Origin: Camelus dromedarius
Lineage: Eukaryota
Assembly (NCBI RefSeq): GCF_036321535.1
Contig: NC_087437.1
Location: 14,820,001 to 14,884,000, forward strand
Direction: 5' to 3'
Length of the DNA: 64,000 nt
Shown here: positions 26,130 to 40,410 of the stretch, one piece after another
Layout: each line of letters opens with the position of its first letter
How positions within the stretch are numbered: position 1 is the first letter of the stretch
Position numbers and translations under genes: made by a program
The notes under the pieces: generated by a model
Seen by the model: the letters and a program-made list of their open reading frames with translations, nothing else
What the model was told of the DNA's origin: nothing
Databases searched by the model: none

Positions 26130-26972
26130 TGTGTATGTATACATAGTGTATATATAGAGAGAGTGTATATATATGTATTTTAACAATATATATATTACCT
26201 TTGGTACGACCAGCACTGTTTACTTATAGCGCTCTTCTTTTTCTCATTTAATGCCTTTTGATTTGACTCCAAACTTGTCTGGCATCTAACATTAAAATTG
26301 CAACCCCCTTCTTTCTTTTTATTTGCATTTACTTGACATACCTTTGCCCATCTTTTTTTCCCCCAAATATTCTGAATCACTTTGGCCTAGGTGTGTCTTT
26401 TGTTTAAAACCATTTTAAGTGTTGCTTCAAGATCTAATCTAAAAGAACCTTTCCTTTAATGTAAAAGTTTAGTTCATTTACATTTATTGATACAACAGTT
26501 TTCTACTTCCTTTAGCCACTATCTAATGTTCACTTAGGGGTTGGGCTAATTTGGATTTTGGAATTAACTTTAAAATTTATTTTCCTTCTCCCAAAGTATT
26601 CATTATTCCCACTTAACATCTGCATTGCAGAGAAACAATGAATGTATACTGAGAAAGAATAAATCATCCATATGGCACATGAAAGGGAGTAATGCTTATT
26701 TAGACAAGTAATATTCAATAACGGCCCGTGTATCAGCTTTAAATCTTCCTTTTCCTGGTAGGTAAGCATTAATGCCTACAGTCTTAACATTTGCCAGGCA
26801 TCCGTCTAACAGCACTTTCCCCTCTCCCACTTTGAGCCATCATAGATAAATAATGAACTTCCCATAAATATTATGAAGACACCCAGCCAAATTCTAATCT
26901 GAATGCTCTTCTACAAGTCAAAGCAGATAGAAAGTACACCAAGACAGCAGGTGCACTAAAAATACTACATAC

Positions 26973-27145
26973 CTTGCTCCAAGGCGATTTGCTAAGAATG
27001 TCAATGAATCTTTTTCTGCTCCTACACATTGGCTGAATGAAACAACACACTTCTCTAAAGGAGTCATTCCTGCCATTACTGGGACTGGCGTGAAGAGAGG
27101 ATTTGACTTTGGATCAGTTAAAGTCTGATATTCTATACAAGTTAC
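26973..27145 (-). CDS. TOPBP1: TOPBP1 exon 12 (173 nt)
   Basis: VTCIEYQTLTDPKSNPLFTPVPVMAGMTPLEKCVVSFSQCVGAEKDSLTFLANRLGAR; aag / gtatgt sites. Confidence 0.95.
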
Positions 27146-27807
27146 CTTTTAAAAACAAGAGAAACATTAACATCAACCTGAAATAAGCAACCAATGGTTA
27201 ACACCGTTTCAGTTACAGTAGCAGTAACTTCAGTTTGGGTGAAAAGCAATTTTACTTTAATATAAACTTGTGTATGCTCATTCTCAACACATTTAAAATT
27301 ATAATATTTAAAGATATATTTAAATCAATTCATTATACAGGATACTAAATATCATTGAATTTACTGAATATTGCTTTAAATTTAATTTCTTCCAATGTAT
27401 TAGTTTATAATTTTTTTCTCTTAATTCTTGGAAAGTTAAAAAAAAAAACCAATGGTGAAATTATCCGTGATAAGCCAATAACATGGAATAGTACAAAAGT
27501 GAATGTTATGTTTTGGTTGTGAGAAAACAAGGAAAACTGAAATAGTGTGAGATGATGTGGAGTAACTTCCTGAGAAGGAACGTTGCTGGTATGGCCCTCC
27601 AATACAATAACCTTCATTTTACCAGGATTAGGACCAAGAAACTTGGGTATTTCACTATTTATAATTTTCTCTGCTAAAAGCAAAATCCAGACAGTGCTCA
27701 AATCCAAATACCAATTTACTGAAACTGAACTAAGAAATAAACATTAGCACTCTTAGCATTCAGATATTCTTCAATACTACATTTCAGGGGCTAGAGTGTT
27801 TTCTTAC

Positions 27808-28148
27808 CAGCCAAGTATTGGTAACAACTTCTCCCACAGTCGCCTGTACTTCACACCCCAGCAGAGGAACCACAGCATAATCAGCAACAGTTCTGCTCTG
27901 AAGAGATACAACTTTTCCAGCATTTTCTCTTATGATAGTTGCAATACTAGTTTCATTTTCATTACTAAAACCCAAAACAAGGAAACTCCTTTGCCTAAAT
28001 AAACCTTCAGTAATTGTAGAAGCATCAGGGAGGCAATGACTGACAGAAGACTGATTTTCTTCTTGCAGAGAAACATGAGTAGAATCATTACAGGGCTCAA
28101 CATGAGTAGAATCATTAAAGGGCTCAGCTTCAGACTTCACAGCTTCAA
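27808..28148 (-). CDS. TOPBP1: TOPBP1 exon 11 (341 nt, BRCT4)
   Basis: [26 protein letters not shown]...[13 protein letters not shown]...GEVVTNTWL; cag / gtaaga sites. Confidence 0.96.
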
Positions 28149-28914
28149 CTGGAATAGAAAAAGAAATGTTTTCTAACAGATAATTTATTCTATAAAGTTT
28201 ATTCCCTAGTAAAGATATTAAGGTAACATGGAGCCTAAGAATTATGACCACACTTAAAAAACTAAAGCTTTATAAATATACAGTGAGGAAAGAATACAAA
28301 CCCACCCCAACTTCTGGGTTACCAACAGTGTTGCCAATATTACCATCTTCCATTAGGAAGGATACAGCAATCATGTTTCTATTCTAAGTATACTGAGAGT
28401 ATTAGAAACTCTAATTAGTTGAAAATTATGAAGCTCCAGTAACTCCAAGGGCCTGTCTTAGTTCCAAAACTGGTTTAAATAATTCACAGTAGAATTGAGA
28501 AAATATCATTAAGGAACAAAAAGAGGTAACAGGCATAAGCGGTCAAGCCCTTCACATGGAAATAACTGAATAAATGCAATAATAAGGGAATTATGGTTAC
28601 TTCTCTTTCAAAAATTTCTAAAGTGTTTCATACCAAAATTGGAGCTATTTAGCTTCTATACAGATTTCTTATGAGAACAACTGATCAAGGATCCAATAAA
28701 TAGTCTCTACTATTTCATTTTAGGATAAAGTTGGCTGACAAATGGGTAGAAGAAAAAAAAATTGCTGTTTTAAAACATAAATGTCAATAACAAAAGTGTA
28801 GTCCCTAATACACAATAAATATTGTGAAATCAATCCTAGAAGTTTAAGAGGTAAAAACTCAGTATTTTTTGAAAGCTTTAGTGCTGTCTTGTTGGAAGGT
28901 AACACCTTAATTGG

Positions 28915-29103
28915 CAGAGATTGGCAAACTACAGCCTAGGAGCCAAAGTGGGCTCCGTGTGTTAATGGCTTTTACATTTTTAAAAGGTTGCAAAAACAGA
29001 ACAAAACAAAATAGAATATGTGACAGAGACAGAATATGGCTAGAAAAGCCTAAAATATTTACTGTCTAGCCTTTTATAAAAAAAAAAAGTTTGCCAAGCC
29101 CTA
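28915..29103. mobile_element. MER58-like hAT MITE
   Basis: Terminal inverted repeats cagagattggcaaact...agtttgccaagcccta. Confidence 0.65.
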
Positions 29104-29223
29104 CTTCATGGGATTCCAACCAGCCCGGAAGCTATTCAAGGATTCTTCACTTATTTATTTATACAAGCACTGTGGCTAAGTGCTTTACATGCATGTAATC
29201 AATGCTCCAGAAACTATGAGGCT

Positions 29224-29334
29224 ATGTAAAACTGAAAAATTGTGCTCTACACTGGAATCTGACACAACATTGTAAAATGATTATAAATCAATAAAAAATG
29301 TCAACAAAAAAAAAAGAAAGAAAGAAAGAAAGAA
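29224..29334 (+). mobile_element. Very short young L1 3' end
   Basis: Matches the 3' terminus of the L1 at 50014-51634; perfect 15-bp TSD agaaactatgaggct at 29209-29223 and 29335-29349. Confidence 0.9.
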
Positions 29335-30489
29335 AGAAACTATGAGGCTGATACTACTGGTGTATCTATACCCTTTCTTCCAAGAAGAAAGTCAGGCTTA
29401 AAGAGGTTATGTAACTAATCTAAGGTCATACAGTTATCAGGTGGCAGAAATGAAATAAAAACCAAAGTCTATCTGCCTCTAGGATCCACAGCATTATGTT
29501 ACAGTGCCATCTTTTAATCTCTATCCTCATCTTCAACAGACATTAACATTTTAAACTAATTACTGCCATATATGTATTTAGACACATATACATACACACA
29601 TATTTTAATTCCTACTTAATACAAGTATTTAAATTAATGTTACTGACACTGAAGAAGCAGTTTTGTCTAGAGCATTTACTGATCAGTAGGTCAGGAGACT
29701 CTTTGACCCTCAAGTTTCATACTATAAGAAATAAAGGATAATAGTATATTTAAAATTTATAGATATATTTGAGGATGAATAAGCTTAGATGGAAATAAAG
29801 GTGATATATTATACAACATTATGGAAAAAGTAGTTTTTAAAACAGCTATTTCTAGTATAAAATGTAAAAGCAAATTTCTTTTGCAATTACAAGGATTCAC
29901 AATCACATCTAAGAGGGAAAAAAACCCACTTTGATGTCTGTATATTGGTGGTAAGATGGGAAGAAATCCAGTGAAATTTCAGACTACTACTAAAACCCTA
30001 AAGTTATTAAAGACTCAGACTAAATTAACATGTCTACAGAAGTTCTTTCCATTTATTTTAGCAATAAACCTCTTTTCAAATAGATGTCATTTGGACGCCT
30101 GACATTTTTTACAAGCCTATTATTAAAAAAGCTCTCTCAAATCAAAAGTAATTTTGCTTTAAGAAGTAACTGTAAAATACTTGATTACATTCTTTTAAGG
30201 TGCTTGCGAATTCACTGAGATTTACTGCCACTAAATCCTTTCAAAGTCAGTAGACCAGTAGCTGCTTTAGAAAGGAAGGTTTGAGAAACTAACTGCCTGC
30301 CTCCACCAAGTGCCCTTGCTGAAGGATAGTGCACAGAACTGCTTCCAGTCAACCTGTGGCTCCTTCATACCACAAAACCCTAAAAAATTAGGATGATCTC
30401 CTGATACGATACACTACTGAAGCATAAGCAAATGGTCTGACAAAAATCAGATTTTCAATACACGATGAACAGAAATAGTGTGGATTAAA

Positions 30490-32880
30490 AAAGGAATACT
30501 GACAGTTTCCTTCTAGGAATATGGTAGGTTAGACATTCAAAACCTTATCACTATAAAACACTTGAAAACAGAGGATGAAATATTAAAGACATCCTTACAA
30601 ACGCATAGCTGAGTTTGCAAGAAAGCAAGGGAAATTCTCAAGGGCTAAAAATGAAGTAGTAGCATGAATCCAGAGCATTAAGTGACTACTGAAGCTAATG
30701 GTTACCCTGAATTTATTTTGGTAGTGATCCAGACCCTTGGAATTTAAGGATATCACACAAGGGGACAGGAGTCAAGTCAAGGTTTCAAACAAATTAGAGA
30801 TGAGGTACAGGATACCCTGAGGAAACAAACTCAGAAACCCTAAAGGGAAGTGCCAATAGTAAAAATGTAGATCAAAACCAACCAATCACCACCACCACCA
30901 CCAACAACAACAACAAATCCACCCTGCAAAAGGAGATGACAGGCACACTTGATTTTGGCTTTGAGTCAAAGGGGAAAACATCTCTTCTGGGAAAATTTAT
31001 CATCATAGGTTGGTCCTCAAAGTAAGTTAGGGTACAGATTTACACAGGTATGATGGTCCAAGAAACATCCAGGCAATAAAGTAACTTAGAGGTCTCAAAA
31101 AAAGGAATGAAATTCTGACACATGCTAAAACATGGATGAACCTTAAAGGCATTATGCTAAGTGAAATAAGCCAGACACAAAAGAACAGATATTGTATGAC
31201 TCCCACTTATATGAACTACCTAGAATAGCCAAATTCACAGGAACAGAAAACAAAATGGTAGTTGCCAGCGACTGGGTGAAGGGAGGAATAGGGAGTTATT
31301 GTTTAATGGCTGTAAAGTTTGATTTTGGGAAGACAAAAAAGTTCTGGGATGAATGGTAATGACGGTGGCACAACACTGTGACTATAATTAATACCACTGA
31401 ATTGCACACCTAAAAATGGTTAAAATGATATATTGTTATGTATATTTTACCTTAATTAAAAAAATTCAATACCCAAAATGTTCTACAGAAAAGTTTAAAA
31501 ATAAGACTTGAGATCAATATTGAAAATATTTCATTCTTATACACCGGCAAACAGATCAAAAATGTAATTTCAAGACATGACTACATAATATAGATAAAAA
31601 ATAAGTTAAGAATAGTTGTTGTAACAAAGCATGTTTAGGATCTTATACAGTCATTACATTGTAATGGATAGGAAGATCTTTTCATTGTAAAGATGTCAAT
31701 TTTGCTTCAAACTATAAATTCTATACAATTTCAACCAAATTCCCATGTTGATTTTGTTCAAATTGACAAACTAATTTTAAAAATTTGTATAGAATAGGTA
31801 AGCCACTTTTGTAAAGAAAATTAGAGTCTTTTTATCTCAGGTATCAAACCATATCACAAGGCATAATAACAAGATGGTTTATCAGTGTGGTATCTCAGTG
31901 CAACAGAATAAAAAGCCTCAACAGATTCCCACATAACATATTCTTAATAAATGACAGAGGCAGCAGTGCAAATTAGTGAAGAAAGGATAGCTTATTCAAT
32001 AAAAAGTTTGAAAAAAAGTGATTATCCACATGGATAAGGTACAATTTGAACACTTATCATATACAAAAATTAACTCCATATGGATTAAAGATGTACATGT
32101 GATAAAATAAAATTTTAAGACTTCTGAAAAGTATATATACTTTATGACCTTAGGATAGGAAAACTTCTTACATAAGATAGAAAAGCACAAACCACAAAAT
32201 AATAGATTGAAAAATTCAACTATCTTAAAATATTATGGCCAAATAACACTCAAAAAGATTCTCTACTTTACTAGCAATCAGTTATGAAATTAAAATCACA
32301 ATGAGATCCTACTTTACATCCATCAAATTAACAAAAATTTCAAGCCTTACAAGAAATACTAAATGCTGAAAGAATGTGCAACAACAGGAATCCTTACTAT
32401 TATTCTAGTATATAGTGGCAAACTATAACGAACACTTCAGAAAGCAGGGGTAGGGTATAGCTCAAGTGGTAGAACGTGTGCTTAGCATGCACGAGGTCCT
32501 GGGTTCAATCCCCAGTACCTCCTCAAAAAATAAATAAACCTAACTGCCTCCCCAACCCCACCAAAATTAAAATTAAAATTAAACAATACAATAATAAATA
32601 ATTTTTTAAAGGCTCTCAGAAAGCAACATGAATTATATAAGAAAGTTGAAGATGCACATATCCTATCAATCAGCCATGTCCACACAATAAAAATGTCCCA
32701 GGTGGGAAAATAAATTATGTATGGTATATTTATAACTAGTTACTTGTATTGGATGAATCTCTCATGTTCCGGGCAATGCAGCAAAAGAGTACACGCTATA
32801 TATCATTTATGTAAGTTAAAATATACACAAAATGGAACAGTGTATATATTACTTACAGCAATATACACATGCATTATATG
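30490..32880 (+). mobile_element. Old fragmented L1 pieces, including an L1MB-like 3' end at ~31095-31465
   Basis: catggatgaacctt...attatgctaagtgaaataagccagacac and degenerate ORF2 motifs. Confidence 0.6.
32447..32615 (+). mobile_element. vic-1-like SINE
   Basis: A and B boxes; 10-bp TSD tcagaaagca at 32437-32446 and 32616-32625. Confidence 0.88.
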
Positions 32881-33210
32881 CATTAAAGACCACAATAACC
32901 AAGTAAGACGCATTTGTTATAAGGTTAAAATAAAAGCTCAGGCTGTTATAAACTCACACAAACCAACTGATGCCTGTATATAAAACAGATCAAAGTTGAA
33001 CAGGTGAGCTGGGGAGAGAAGAGGGGGTCAGAGGGTCCAGAACCCCTTAGTCTTGCCTGCTTAGAGAAAAAGTAACAAACATAAAACTTTAAGGGAAGCA
33101 AAAGGTTAGTTCAACTCAAGTTCTAGAACATCTGGCAGAAATCACTTACGTATGCATTCTGCTACTGAAATACTTCTTAAAGACTGTAAGCACTAATCAC
33201 TCTTTCTTAC

Positions 33211-33461
33211 CTACTGTTGGGTTATCATCCATGTATTGAGAGAGCAGATCTTCATCAGCTTGTTCATGCTTTTCATTAGGAGCAAAGTCTTTCTTAGAGA
33301 AGGTGCTGTTCTTTCTTTTTAAAAGGGCTGCTTTACTTTCAGGTTGATCTGAAACTGGAATTTCCACTGGCCGGTAGTTAGCATGGATATATGGCTCTTC
33401 AGGAAGCATATAACCTTTACTAAAACACTCTAGCAACCACTGTGCTCCCACCACATGAGGC
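33211..33461 (-). CDS. TOPBP1: TOPBP1 exon 10 (251 nt)
   Basis: PHVVGAQWLLECFSKGYMLPEEPYIHANY...EQADEDLLSQYMDDNPTV; tag / gtaaga sites. Confidence 0.96.
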
Positions 33462-33610
33462 CTACAAAAATAGTACATTGTTATATATTAGTTTAAACGA
33501 TAAAGGCCATCATCCCACTTGCCACGCAGCTTCCATAATTGCAGGGACATGTAATTTTAAGAAAAATCATTACATAGTAAAAATTGCTTTGAATTAAAAA
33601 CTGACAAAAC

Positions 33611-33774
33611 CTGTGGGTTGATTTATCCCAAAACTGCTTCAATTCGTCATCATAATCTCCCACAATAACATGAGTTACATCTTCATTGAGCTGATTAAAA
33701 CGAACTCCACCTCCACTGTTAATAAGCCTTCTTAGTTTATCTAGCTTTCGGCCACTAAAACCGCAAAGATATAT
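33611..33774 (-). CDS. TOPBP1: TOPBP1 exon 9 (164 nt, BRCT3)
   Basis: [55 protein letters not shown]; cag / gttttg sites. Confidence 0.96.
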
Positions 33775-34542
33775 CTGCAAAGAAAGAAAATACTTACTTT
33801 AGATTAATGCATTTAAAATGGTTTATTTCTCTACATAGAAACCAATTTATTAAAAATATACATCTAAACCCATTGTATGTAAATAAGACAATTCATGTAC
33901 ATTTTACCATATGTTAGGAGTTGGAGTACTTGCTGAAACTGATTTTTTAAGGATTCTTAATTTTTATTTTATCACTTCCTCACAATCTCAGAGCATTTTA
34001 TCCTTTACAGTAGACACTTGATAGGTATTTTGAGGCTTTAAATAAAATAGAAGCCAGAATCAATTATCTTCTGAATATTAGTGCACAGAAATTTCTAAAA
34101 TGCAGATAGCCTCTTAAATTGTAAAGATCTTTCTACCTATAAATTTTACAGTAATTATAGAAATAAACTGGAGTTAAATGTCTGAATTCAAAAAATCTAG
34201 GTTTAAATTTTGGTTTAGCTGCAAATGATTAACCATATGACCATGCCAAGATACTTAAGACACTTTAAACCAATTTTCTAATTTATAAATTGAGATATCT
34301 TTTCCAGAGTTGACTAAATAAGAAAATTTAAGTCAAAGAGCTGAGCATAATGCTTTGAGGATAATATGTATGCAGTAAGTTGTTTTTTACTATCAATATG
34401 TATATATTTAAGCCAATTTAATCAATAACAATCTTCTTTATTTTAATAACGTGTCTTTAAAAAATTTCTTAAGAATGACCATTCTGTTCCTAACTGCATT
34501 TATATCCCAAACTAAATAACCTTTATTACTAGAATATATTTT

Positions 34543-34720
34543 GGGGGGAGGGTATAGCTCAGTGGTAGAGCACAAGCTTAGCATGCATGACGTGGTGGGT
34601 TCAATCCCCAGAACCTCCCTTACAAATAAGTAAGTACCTAATTACTTCCCCCATCCCCCAAAAAACTAAAAGCTTAAAAAAATTCTATTAAAAAATTCAA
34701 AAAAAAATTTTAAAAAGGAA
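34543..34720 (+). mobile_element. vic-1-like SINE
   Basis: ggggagggtatagctcagtggtagag...gggttcaatccccag plus an A-rich tail. Confidence 0.85.
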
Positions 34721-35609
34721 ACAAAGACTATTTTTTAACAAAAATTAGAAATCATACACTTCCTATAAGTAAAGAATAATTAAGTCATATCCAGAATTAG
34801 TACTGTCTAGGATAAAAGATTATGCAACAGAATTTCTGTTCTGCCAGTAAACTAAGTTTTAAAAGTATAGAAAGAAGGTAATTTGTCCAGTTTCCTTAGG
34901 AATAAAAGAGGGTTAAATCTTTGCTACTCTTTGAGAATTAATGCATAGCCTATTGATTCTACAAGCAGGAATATATTAAGTATTCCGTTCTAGAAGACAC
35001 ATGTGATGTTTCCATCAAGGCACTATAAGATAGTTACTCAGACACACAAAAAATTAAATAGCCCAAGAGTTATTAAACAAAGCAGTGTGCCTAATACAGG
35101 CTAGGAATACAGGGTTTGGAGTAGATGGCTGGCTACTTAGTGTGAGACTCTGAACAAGAACTTTAATCCTCGAAGTCTTAGACTCAAGATGGTATCTGTT
35201 TTAGAGTTATTCATGGGAATTAAGTGGGATTATATACAACATATTAACAATATATATGAAATAATTAACAGTGTCTAGCATATTATAAACACCTAATAAA
35301 TGATGGTATAAATAAAAATCCATTAAGTGGTTCAGAAACTAAATGCTCTCAAAACACAGTAGATGGAAAAATTATGAGCAGAGTTGAAAAGTGCTATGAA
35401 CTTCAAAGGATGACAGATGGAGGTACATCCCAGGCAGAGAGACCCTAACAGCTAAAAGATGGACATGGCCTAATGAGAGCATCTGCTTAGCTAGAGTGGA
35501 GGGTTTACACAGCTAAGGCCAAGTCCAACTCTGAAGGGTCTTCAAAGTGAAACCAGAAGTACTAATGTATATTATCACTTACTGCATTTACTACATGTTA
35601 AAGACATAC

Positions 35610-35779
35610 CCGACAACCATCCAATAAATCTTCAGGTGCTTGAAATGCACTGACATCCAGATTTTCCAGATTTTCAAAAGTAGGCTCCACTTTGCTATTA
35701 AGAACTGAATTATATATAGATTCATTTATGCAACTCGCATTGATGTTGGAAATATGGCTGACATCTGAAAGAGTACGAC
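35610..35779 (-). CDS. TOPBP1: TOPBP1 exon 8 (170 nt)
   Basis: [56 protein letters not shown]; tag / gtatgt sites. Confidence 0.95.
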
Positions 35780-36517
35780 CTACATATTAAACAAGAGATG
35801 TATAAATTTATGAAGATAAAATAATTCTGATTACACATTTTCCTATAGATTAACTTTCCTTATACAAAAAGAGCTATAAACAGTTTCCAAATTAAGATTC
35901 AAATGCTTTTACTGAAAATGTTGGTGGCAAAGTATGAAAAGGGAAAATGAAATTAAGGTTCATATCTTATTTAAATGAAAATGTATTTAATACATTTCCC
36001 TAGTAGTGACTTGATTCCAATAAAAATCTGACGTTGCTGACTTTAAGGTCCAGGAAGCTTATATTTGAAAAAGATTTTATAACATTTACTAAATTGCTAA
36101 CATGGTACCTCCAAGACAGAAAAGGTTTCAAATTTTATATGAATATAGATGATCTATAACAGTTGCAGTAAACTAACAAAGAAAACTTACTAATATTTGT
36201 ATGCCAGTCAAGTTTTAAAAAATGAATTCCCTTATTTTTAGTCTTTACCTACTAGTATTCTTAATTTCTTTAATCATCTTCTACACTACATCAGGGTATA
36301 AAAGAAAGCATGCATTCATTATAAAAAGAAATATCAGGAGCTCTGGACTAATTTTTTAATACAATTTGGTTATTTTATTATACAATTATACCTGGAAGCA
36401 CGGCAAGAAAAGATGAAATTCATTACTGTACCTCACTGATCCCCTTAACAAATAAATTCTTACATAGAAAACTGATTGTCTTAAAATGATTGTTTATTTA
36501 ATCCTAAAGAGACTTAC

Positions 36518-36697
36518 TATCAATTGTGTTGATCTGGCCAGTAGGAGTTGAAGTATCAGGCATACTCTTTGTTTCTGGTCTAGGCTCGGTCTTGTACATA
36601 GATTCATCCTGACAAAAACCTTTCTCAACACTGTCAAAAAACCACTGTGTGGTCACACAGTGTACATTCCATCTTTTGGCACATTCATATTTTTGAC
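36518..36697 (-). CDS. TOPBP1: TOPBP1 exon 7 (180 nt)
   Basis: [59 protein letters not shown]; tag / gtaagt sites. Confidence 0.96.
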
Positions 36698-38149
36698 CTA
36701 TTATGTTCATTGAGAGAGAGAGATACAAACCATTAAAATCTGTTTTTGCAGAAATACTCAAATTATGACAGGTTATGGAAAAAAACCCCACCTGAGACAA
36801 AATTAAAGTTACCAGCAATTATTCTTACTTTTAACCAATAGGCTATATAGTGTATGAGAAAGTAATATTTTAGGTTATTACCCAATTATATTTTCTATGT
36901 GTTGTGTAAACGCATATGCTATGTGAGGGAGTTTATCTTTTACTAAACTGCAGAGACAGAGGCAACTGTGGGGCAACTGAAATAATGTCAGACTTGACTG
37001 AGTATAGCCTCTATCACTTAAATTTTTTAAACCAGCTTCTTAGTCTGTAACGTGGGATAACTCACAGAATTATGTGGTTTTAGTAAGACTACATGAAACA
37101 ACTGTGAAAAGTGTAAATGTCTGCAATATAAAAAATACCAACTTTCAATAGACTACTCCTACGTCAATACGATTCTATTTGAAGTCTAGGGTAGACAGGT
37201 GAATAGATAAATAAATCATATTTAAAAATGTATTTTCTTATTGCCTTAAAAAAACTTTTAATACAATGCATTCTGAAATAGTACGATAGAGAAATTGAGG
37301 TCAAATGTAGTAAACAATAACATGAAAAGGTTTTCCTTTTTTACATTCTTCAGAGCTAAGAGATGAACTGTCTTCAGATTCAGAAAACCAACAGCAGTTA
37401 TCAACTTTACACACAATCATAATTGGCCATACCTGAAGTTCTGACTTAAGGACAATTATCAATTAACTTTAACTTTTTTTTTTCTAATTTTCTTACTTAG
37501 GTAGTTTTGTAAAACACAGTATAGATAAAAATAGAGATAAAAATATTAACAAAATTCTCATCTCATCAATTTTTACATATTTTAAGAGTACTGATAAAAA
37601 ATATTTTCCAGAATAGGTATAAAGGTTATAGAACACCAAAATTAGTAACAATTTTAATTGCTGCTTCTTGGTAATGTAATTTTCTTCTTTTAATTGTCTC
37701 ATGTTCTGCAAGGTGTTATCTTCAAGTTAAAACTTCTAGTTCGTTCAGCAAAGCTGATTCATTCAATTAAAAACTATGCCAAGACTTTAAAATTTATCAT
37801 TAGAAAAAACCACAATTTAGCTACATTTACTAGCTTTTTTGTTATTCACCCAAATTTTTCATCTCTTAAGTATTTGGTAACATGTGGGGACTTAAAGCTC
37901 TGATAATAAATTTAGATAAAACATCACTGGAAATTTTTGTTTAATATTTATTCAATGACCTTGTAAACACTAGGATAGTCATGTAATTTTCCTACAGATT
38001 GTAAACCAAACTATCTTTGTAAGACTTTAGAGGAAAAAATATCATAGCAGATTTATGACATGTCACAAGTAAAAGCTATGCTATAAAGATTTTAAAATGT
38101 TCAATACTAGAGACAATCTTGCGTTCATCCATTTGGGAAACAATTTTAC

Positions 38150-38346
38150 CTTTTGGTTCTTGCACAATGAGGTGTGTACATTCATTCATTTTTAATTGTC
38201 CCATGTATTGACCTCCATGCTTAACTGTGAGTCGCTGTACTGCTTTCCTGTCTAAGCCACATAAGCCAGTCACACAGATTATGCAACCAAGAAAAACAGG
38301 ACACTTGAAGTCTTCCATGTTTATATCGGTATACCTAGCTATTTTT
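38150..38346 (-). CDS. TOPBP1: TOPBP1 exon 6 (197 nt, BRCT2)
   Basis: [65 protein letters not shown]; cag / gtaaaa sites. Confidence 0.96.
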
Positions 38347-39559
38347 CTGGGGAAAACAAATGATAAAAAGGAAAAAAATCAACATATTTTATATACCAGA
38401 TAGCTTAAAAATTTACTAGGAGAATAATGACAAACAATAGGAATATCATGAATGATTTCCTCATTTTTTAGCATTTTAATCATTTTTAAGAAAAGGAGAA
38501 CTGACAAACACGCTTAGAATTATACTAATTGCTCATCTAGCTCAAATCATGTCTCTAATAAAAATTAATGTTTCAGATAGAGCCTCTCAAATAAAACTGT
38601 ATTAAGGGAAAATATATATTTCATTAACTCTAAGTCCATGCTGGTCAAAGCAGTGCATTTTCCAAAATTTCTAAATTTCTAACACCCAAAGGTTCTTTGG
38701 TTGTCTACTAGAAAACAGATTTTTAATTCGTCCACTATACTATATAAATAATAAGCAATGATTTTTGTCAGAATACCAACAAAAATATAATTCTTTGCCA
38801 TACTAGGCAGATGTGCTGATGAGACAGGCTAGGAATGAGGGTGCCAATGAGGAGACGTGTTTAGGATGTGCTGGGTGGTGTTGAAAGGAAGACTGGAAAA
38901 ATGCCTATTTAATTCAAACAGTGGTACCTGGACTTTTTGGTTGTTAGTCTAATTTTAAAGGAAACTCAATTCTATCCTTTGAAATAGGCTCTAAGCTCCA
39001 CAAAGGCACAGACGCTGTCCTGTTTTGCTCTCTACTTATACCTAATGCCTAGCTCACGCCAGGTACATAAAATAGGCTCAGTTAACATTTACTGAATGAT
39101 CACATTTCAGTTAATGGCTTATGTATGTTTATATTCAACCTTACATATGCCCCTTTTGGGAGGGAACACAAATGCCAAAGCAGCTAAAATTTAAATTAAC
39201 ATACAGGCACAGCCTTGGAGGATAAGGCAACGTAACAGCTACACTTGCCACAATGATTTTCTCAACTATTTAATGAATGTTTACCACTGAAAACAATTTT
39301 ATTATCAAAGCATTTCTTACCTTATAGCTAATGCTAAGCCCACAGCTCATTCTACCTATCAACTTGTACCATGATAATGACAGCTTGCAGATTATCTTTT
39401 TTTTCCATTGGAGGAAAGAATAATAATCTTATTTTTGCACCAAAATGGCAAATCCGAAGAGGATATCATGAAACCTCCCCTATGAAAACCAACAATATGT
39501 CAAAATGACTGAATGTATCATTTTTTCAAATCTAGAAAATGTCAAAATATCTTTCTTAC

Positions 39560-39741
39560 TTCTCCTGTGACTTCTCCCAAAGTGTTTTTATCCAAGAAGG
39601 AAGCAAAATAGGTTTCTTTAGGTTCGCAGCGACTAGGTATTTTTTGCTACCAACTTCTCCTGCAATAAGGTGAGTTACTGATATGTTAAGGTCTCTGTAT
39701 ACACGTCCACCCATCATTTGTACATATTTATGAACTTCTTC
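39560..39741 (-). CDS. TOPBP1: TOPBP1 exon 5 (182 nt, BRCT1)
   Basis: [60 protein letters not shown]; cag / gtaaga sites. Confidence 0.96.
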
Positions 39742-40410
39742 CTGTAGCCCCAAAAGAAAATATATTATTAACACTGAAGCAAACAATCTCTTCCAGTTTT
39801 TTATACAATATCCCATAAAAATCTTTTGCTGTTGTTAGCTTGAATGCACAAACATTTCTCACCACTATAAAGTTAAATAATAAACAAAATTACTTTTTGG
39901 AAGATAAATGTAAAGTATAAATGTTAGATTACCTTTATACACATTATTTTCCTATATTTATCTTTTTCAACTCCATGAATTTATTTAACTATGTTGCTTC
40001 TATAGTAAACAATATATTTTAATATACACATAATTAAAAAATATAAATTATATATATAATATATAAAAACATGTATGTTATATATAACTCTCAGAATCCT
40101 TTTTTAAAAGATTAACCAATGGTGGAAAAAATGTGACTGAAAAACAAACTCATCAATTATGCAGAAAAAAATGAGTTTCCTTTTTTAAATCAAAACAAAA
40201 AACTTCTATTAGCCAGTTTTCAATGAAAGATTTCACTGTATTTAATTTATTTAAAAATTTAAAAAAATACACTGTCATCCTGACTTTGTTGTTAAGTCAT
40301 GAATACCAAGTGCAAGGTCTTTCCAAGTAGCCCCTGCACAGAGAAAAATTAAGTGTGGGAAAATATATATGAAGAGAGAGAGAGATCATGACATTCCTCT
40401 CAACACCTAC

